Positions 59,787 to 64,000 of a stretch of DNA of 64,000 nt are shown piece by piece; positions within the stretch are counted from its first letter, which is position 1; every line of letters begins with the position of its first letter. The translations under genes were made by a program, and so were the position numbers. Below the pieces are notes generated by a model that saw only the letters and a list, made by a program, of their open reading frames with translations, searched no databases and was not told the origin of the DNA. Origin of the DNA: Candidatus Woesebacteria bacterium (GTDB lineage: Bacteria; Patescibacteriota; Microgenomatia; UBA1400; PJMF01); NCBI GenBank assembly GCA_050123235.1, contig JASFHL010000007.1:75-64074 (forward strand). Direction: 5' to 3'.

Positions 59787-60641
59787 ATGTCAAATAAAAG
59801 AGACTATTATGAAGTGCTAGGTCTTAAAAAAGACGCTACTGATCAAGCAATTAAATCAGCTTATCGCAAAATGGCTCTGAAATATCATCCCGATAAAAAT
59901 AAAGCTAAAGATGCAGAAGAAAAGTTTAAGGAGATAAACGAAGCTTACCAAGTTTTATCTGATAAAAAAAAGCGTCAAACTTACGACCAGTTTGGTCATA
60001 GTGCCTTTAATGCTGGAGCTGCTGGGGGCGCTAATCCTTTTGGTGGTGGTTTTCAATCTGGGCCATTTACTTGGAGTTATTCCACTACCGGGGCGAATCC
60101 TTTTGATGGCTTTGATTTTGGAGATCCATTTGAGATTTTCGAGTCATTTTTTGGAGGTGCTGGATTTAGACAAGCGCGTCGTCGACCACGTTACACTTTG
60201 AAGATTGATTTTATAGAAGCTGTCAAAGGAACGAACAAAGAGGTGGAGATTGAAGGTAAAAAACAAAAAATTAAAGTTCCTGCTGGTGTTAATGATGGCA
60301 CAAGAATTCGTTTTGATGAATTTGATATTAGTTTTGATGTGGCCGCTCATCCTCAGTTTAAACGAGATGGCTATGATTTATTTATTGATAAAAAAATTAA
60401 TCTTAGTACTGCTTGTCTAGGTGGAAAAATAGAAGTTCCGACAGTAGATAAAAAACTCAAAATGAAAGTCAGGTCAGGTACGCAGTCTCACACTTTGGTG
60501 CGACTCCGCGGTGAAGGTGTGCCACATATCAGAGGCAGGGGCAAGGGTGATTTATATGTCAGATTGATAGTGGAAATTCCTGAGGATCTGACAAGAGAAC
60601 AGAAAAAATTGTTGGAGCAGTTGAAGGAAAACGGATTATAA
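59787..60641 (+). CDS. dnaJ: DnaJ chaperone lacking the Zn-finger
   Basis: DYYEVLG, HPDKN, G/F region, C-terminal domain; no CxxCxGxG. Confidence 0.92.
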   Translation: MSNKRDYYEVLGLKKDATDQAIKSAYRKMALKYHPDKNKAKDAEEKFKEINEAYQVLSDKKKRQTYDQFGHSAFNAGAAGGANPFGGGFQSGPFTWSYSTTGANPFDGFDFGDPFEIFESFFGGAGFRQARRRPRYTLKIDFIEAVKGTNKEVEIEGKKQKIKVPAGVNDGTRIRFDEFDISFDVAAHPQFKRDGYDLFIDKKINLSTACLGGKIEVPTVDKKLKMKVRSGTQSHTLVRLRGEGVPHIRGRGKGDLYVRLIVEIPEDLTREQKKLLEQLKENGL

Positions 60642-60700
60642 GAATTTTTTGCTTTTTCACTTGCTTTGTTTTATAATGATAGTGTTATAAATATGTTTAG

Positions 60701-60727
60701 AAGACGGGCTCAAAAGCGCGTTTTTTT
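60701..60727 (+). terminator. Weak terminator-like hairpin in the nusA leader
   Basis: aagacgggct-caaa-agcgcgttttttt between putative promoter and nusA. Confidence 0.55.
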
Positions 60728-60768
60728 ATTTTTTAATTTAAACAAAACAAGCAATAATAAAGGATTTT

Positions 60769-62025
60769 ATGTCAAATCTTAATACTGTGGTCAGAACAGA
60801 GTTTGCTGCTGCTATCTCTCAGATTGCCAGCGAACGTAAAATCAGCGAAGAGTCAATCTATGAGGCAATTAAGCAAGCTCTTATTTCTGCTTATCGTAAG
60901 CAAATCGGTGAATTAGCTACAGATTTCTACTACTTTGTAAAACTTAATAAAGAAACAGGGGTAGCTAGGATTTTCAAAGCCCCAGTCACTAAAAAAGATG
61001 AAGAAACTGAAGAAATTCTAGAATGGGATGAAAATAAAGCTGAAGATGTCACGCCGGCAGGCTTTGGTAGAATTGCTGCTCAAACTGCCAAGCAAGTAAT
61101 TTTGCAAAAAATTAGGCAATCTGAAAAAGATCAAATAATTTCTGATTATCAAGCTAGGATAGGTGAATTAGTCACTGCCCAAGTTCTCAGAATGGATAAA
61201 CGCAGTGTTGTTTTTGACATTGGTAGAGGGCAGGGATATATGCCTCCAGAAGAGCAAATGCGTGGTGAATTCTATCGCACTAATCAGCGTTTGGCAGTTT
61301 TAATAAAAGAAATAAGAGAAGGTTTCAAAGGTAAACAGATCATTTGTTCTCGAGCAGATAGAGATTTAGTACTTAAACTTTTTACTAGAGAAGTACCAGA
61401 AGTTGCATCCGGGGCAGTAGAAATTGTAAGTATTGCTAGAGAAGCAGGTGTGCGTAGCAAAATTACTGTTAGATCTACTCAAGAGGGTGTTGATCCAGTT
61501 GGTGCTTGTGTAGGACAACGTGGTGTCAGAGTTCAAAAGGTGATTGAAGAATTAAATAATGAAAAAATTGACATTATTCCCTTTAGCGAAGATTTAAAAT
61601 TATTATTACAAGGAGCTTTAGCTCCAGCTGAGAGTTTAACAATTGAAATTGATGAAAAGAACAGGAAAGTAATAGTAACAGCGCCAGACGATCAGTTGTC
61701 ACTAGCAATTGGCAAAGGTGGTCAAAATGTAAGATTAGCAGCTAAGCTCACTGGTTTCCAGATTACTGTTAAATCAGCCACTGGTCAAGTTGCATCCAAA
61801 GTTACCGGTGATGAACAATATGAGATTGATACTTTTGAAGATTTAACAGATGAGGCAAGAGAAATTTTAATTCAACATAAACTTACTACTTTGGAAGATT
61901 TATCTAGATTTAAAGATAAATGGTTAGGTCTTAAGGATTTGGCCAAGGATCAACAAGAATTATTGTTGAAAAAAGTAGAAGAATACGAAAAAGAGGAGGA
62001 AACAAAAAAAGATGCTGCAAAATAG
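60769..62025 (+). CDS. nusA: Transcription factor NusA
   Basis: FGRIAAQTAKQV, AREAGVRSK, GACVG, LAIGKGGQNVRLA. Confidence 0.97.
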   Translation: MSNLNTVVRTEFAAAISQIASERKISEESIYEAIKQALISAYRKQIGELATDFYYFVKLNKETGVARIFKAPVTKKDEETEEILEWDENKAEDVTPAGFGRIAAQTAKQVILQKIRQSEKDQIISDYQARIGELVTAQVLRMDKRSVVFDIGRGQGYMPPEEQMRGEFYRTNQRLAVLIKEIREGFKGKQIICSRADRDLVLKLFTREVPEVASGAVEIVSIAREAGVRSKITVRSTQEGVDPVGACVGQRGVRVQKVIEELNNEKIDIIPFSEDLKLLLQGALAPAESLTIEIDEKNRKVIVTAPDDQLSLAIGKGGQNVRLAAKLTGFQITVKSATGQVASKVTGDEQYEIDTFEDLTDEAREILIQHKLTTLEDLSRFKDKWLGLKDLAKDQQELLLKKVEEYEKEEETKKDAAK

Positions 62026-63496
62026 AGCCGCTGTCATTACTATCATGGGCCATGTTGATCATGGTAAAACCACTCTCCTAGACTATATTAGGAAAACTAA
62101 AATTCAGTCTAGAGAAGCTGGTGGTATCACTCAACATATTGGAGCTTATCAAATTGAGTTTAAAAATAGGAAAATTACTTTTATCGATACTCCTGGACAT
62201 GCTGCTTTTAATAAAATGCGACAACGTGGTGCTCAAATTACTGATCTAGTAATTTTAGTTGTAGCTGCCAACGATGGTGTAAAGCCACAAACCATTGAAT
62301 CTATTCGTTATATCAAGGAAAGCAAAGTTCCTTTTATTGTAGCTATTAACAAAATTGATTTAAAAGATATTCATTTAGACAAAGTTAAATCTGAATTAGC
62401 AGAACAAGAGGTCTTGGTGCAGGATTATGGCGGGGATATTGATGTAGTAGAAGTTTCTGCCAAAACTGGCAAGGATGTAGACAAATTATTAGAAACAGTG
62501 GTTACCATGGCAGAATTGCTAGAACTCAAAGCTGATCCGGATCAAGCTTTGGAGGCAGTGGTAATTGAGTCAACCAAAGATAAAAGAAAAGGCCCAGTTG
62601 CTACAGTCATTGTCCAACAAGGAACTTTAAAAGCTCGCCAAGATGTTTTTGTGGACAATATCATAGGCAGAGTGAGATTATTAACTGATGAAAATGGACA
62701 AGCTTTGAGTGAAGTTAAACCAGGTTCACCAGCTGAGATTATCGGTTTAAAAGATGTGCCAGAGGTTGGTGCTATTCTCAAAGAAGAAGGGGCGGATTAT
62801 CAAAAAACGAAACTTAAGACAGGGGCGAGTGCTGAACAAAGTTCCGAGCTTGAGCTAGATCAAAGCCAAGTTTGGGAAAATTTAGACTTTGATGCTTTAC
62901 TTGGAGAAAAGAGAAAACTTAAACTTATTGTTAAAGCAGATGTTAAGGGTACTTTGGAAGCAATTTTACAAACTCTTGATGAAGAAAGTGTTGAGCTGAT
63001 TAGTTCTGGAGTAGGTCAGGTAACTCAGAAGGATCTTGAATTAGCTGAAACAAGCCAGGCTTTATTGGTGGCTTTTGGTATCAAAGTTCCTAAAAAGATA
63101 AAAAATTTAGCCAAGCAATTAGGAGTCAAACTTAAGGAATATGACATTATTTATCATCTTTTAGAGGATTTACAAAAACAAATGTTGAAGATCATGGAGC
63201 CTACTATTGATGAAGTCGTTACTGGTGAGGCTGAGATTTTGCAGGTCTTTGAAATGAAAGGTGAAAAGATCGCTGGGATCAGAGTCAAAACAGGAGAAAT
63301 TAAGAAAAGTGATCTATTACATTTAAAAAGAGGCGATGAGATTATTCTCAATCCGGTCATTAATTCAATGAAACATGGCAAAGATGATATCTTGGTAGTC
63401 AAAAGTAAAAATGAAGCTGGTTTGACTTTCAAAAATAAAAAATTAGATTTCCAAGTAGGTGATATTTTGCTGGCTTATAAAAAGGATGATAGTTAG
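62012..63496 (+). CDS. infB: Translation initiation factor IF-2 (no N-terminal domain)
   Basis: GHVDHGKTTLLD, GGITQHIG, DTPGH, NKID. Confidence 0.97.
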   Translation: MLQNRAAVITIMGHVDHGKTTLLDYIRKTKIQSREAGGITQHIGAYQIEFKNRKITFIDTPGHAAFNKMRQRGAQITDLVILVVAANDGVKPQTIESIRYIKESKVPFIVAINKIDLKDIHLDKVKSELAEQEVLVQDYGGDIDVVEVSAKTGKDVDKLLETVVTMAELLELKADPDQALEAVVIESTKDKRKGPVATVIVQQGTLKARQDVFVDNIIGRVRLLTDENGQALSEVKPGSPAEIIGLKDVPEVGAILKEEGADYQKTKLKTGASAEQSSELELDQSQVWENLDFDALLGEKRKLKLIVKADVKGTLEAILQTLDEESVELISSGVGQVTQKDLELAETSQALLVAFGIKVPKKIKNLAKQLGVKLKEYDIIYHLLEDLQKQMLKIMEPTIDEVVTGEAEILQVFEMKGEKIAGIRVKTGEIKKSDLLHLKRGDEIILNPVINSMKHGKDDILVVKSKNEAGLTFKNKKLDFQVGDILLAYKKDDS

Positions 63497-63629
63497 CTCT
63501 TATTTTGCTTGATACCCATTAAGAAAAGCATGTTATAATACAAGTTCTTAAAATTAAAACAAATAAAATAAATGACTACTTTACTTGCTGGTTTCAGACT
63601 CGCAAGCTAAGGGCAAAGAAAGGCAAATT

Positions 63630-63899
63630 ATGTCATTAACTAAAAAACAAAAACAGCAAATAATTCAAGATTTTGCTTTAATGAAAGGAGACACAGGATC
63701 TCCAGAGGTACAGATAGCTCTTCTCACTGCTTCTATCCAACATTTGACTGCACATCTTAAAAAACATAAAAAAGATAATCACTCAAGAAGAGGTCTGCTT
63801 AAACAAGTATCTAAAAGAAGGAGATTGTTACGTTTCCTTTTGCAACGCAGTGAAGAGAGATATAGGAAGTTGATTGAAAACTTGGGTTTAAGCAAATAA
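63630..63899 (+). CDS. rpsO: 30S ribosomal protein S15
   Basis: [25 protein letters not shown]. Confidence 0.98.
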   Translation: MSLTKKQKQQIIQDFALMKGDTGSPEVQIALLTASIQHLTAHLKKHKKDNHSRRGLLKQVSKRRRLLRFLLQRSEERYRKLIENLGLSK

Positions 63900-64000
63900 G
63901 AATGTTATAATAGTTTTATTAAAAAGTTATATAGAGGAAATTTGGATAATCTTAAAAGGATTTTCGATTGGCAAGTAGTGAATGTGGTAAGAAATTTGCA

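Overview
AT-rich bacterial chromosome segment. Gene content (short HrcA, N-terminally truncated IF2, stand-alone 5'-3' exonuclease, TsaC-TsaE fusion, DUF5667-like protein, many GT-C glycosyltransferases) suggests a CPR/Patescibacteria (Microgenomates-like) genome; this is inference. It carries housekeeping genes (nrdR-nrdJ, pgk/fba, PBP, cmk, smpB, tsaD, groESL, xer, trpS, ftsH, hrcA-grpE-dnaK, dnaJ, nusA-infB-rpsO), two CAT tRNAs, a toxin-antitoxin pair and a glycosylation cluster. Main unexplained signals: (1) a dispersed family of ~160-240 bp intergenic hairpin elements (two subfamilies, eight full or partial copies plus one relative) with long copy-specific terminal stems and a covarying core of two tandem GA/GA helices; (2) a 6.1 kb element integrated in the 3' end of an atypical initiator tRNA, whose large serine recombinase gene is split by its own attP and whose genes have interleaved A-B-A'-B' leaders covering the RBS; (3) an unannotated Trp-Trp leader-peptide attenuator before trpS; (4) a variant CIRCE operator; (5) an ORF interrupted only by Gln-compatible stops.
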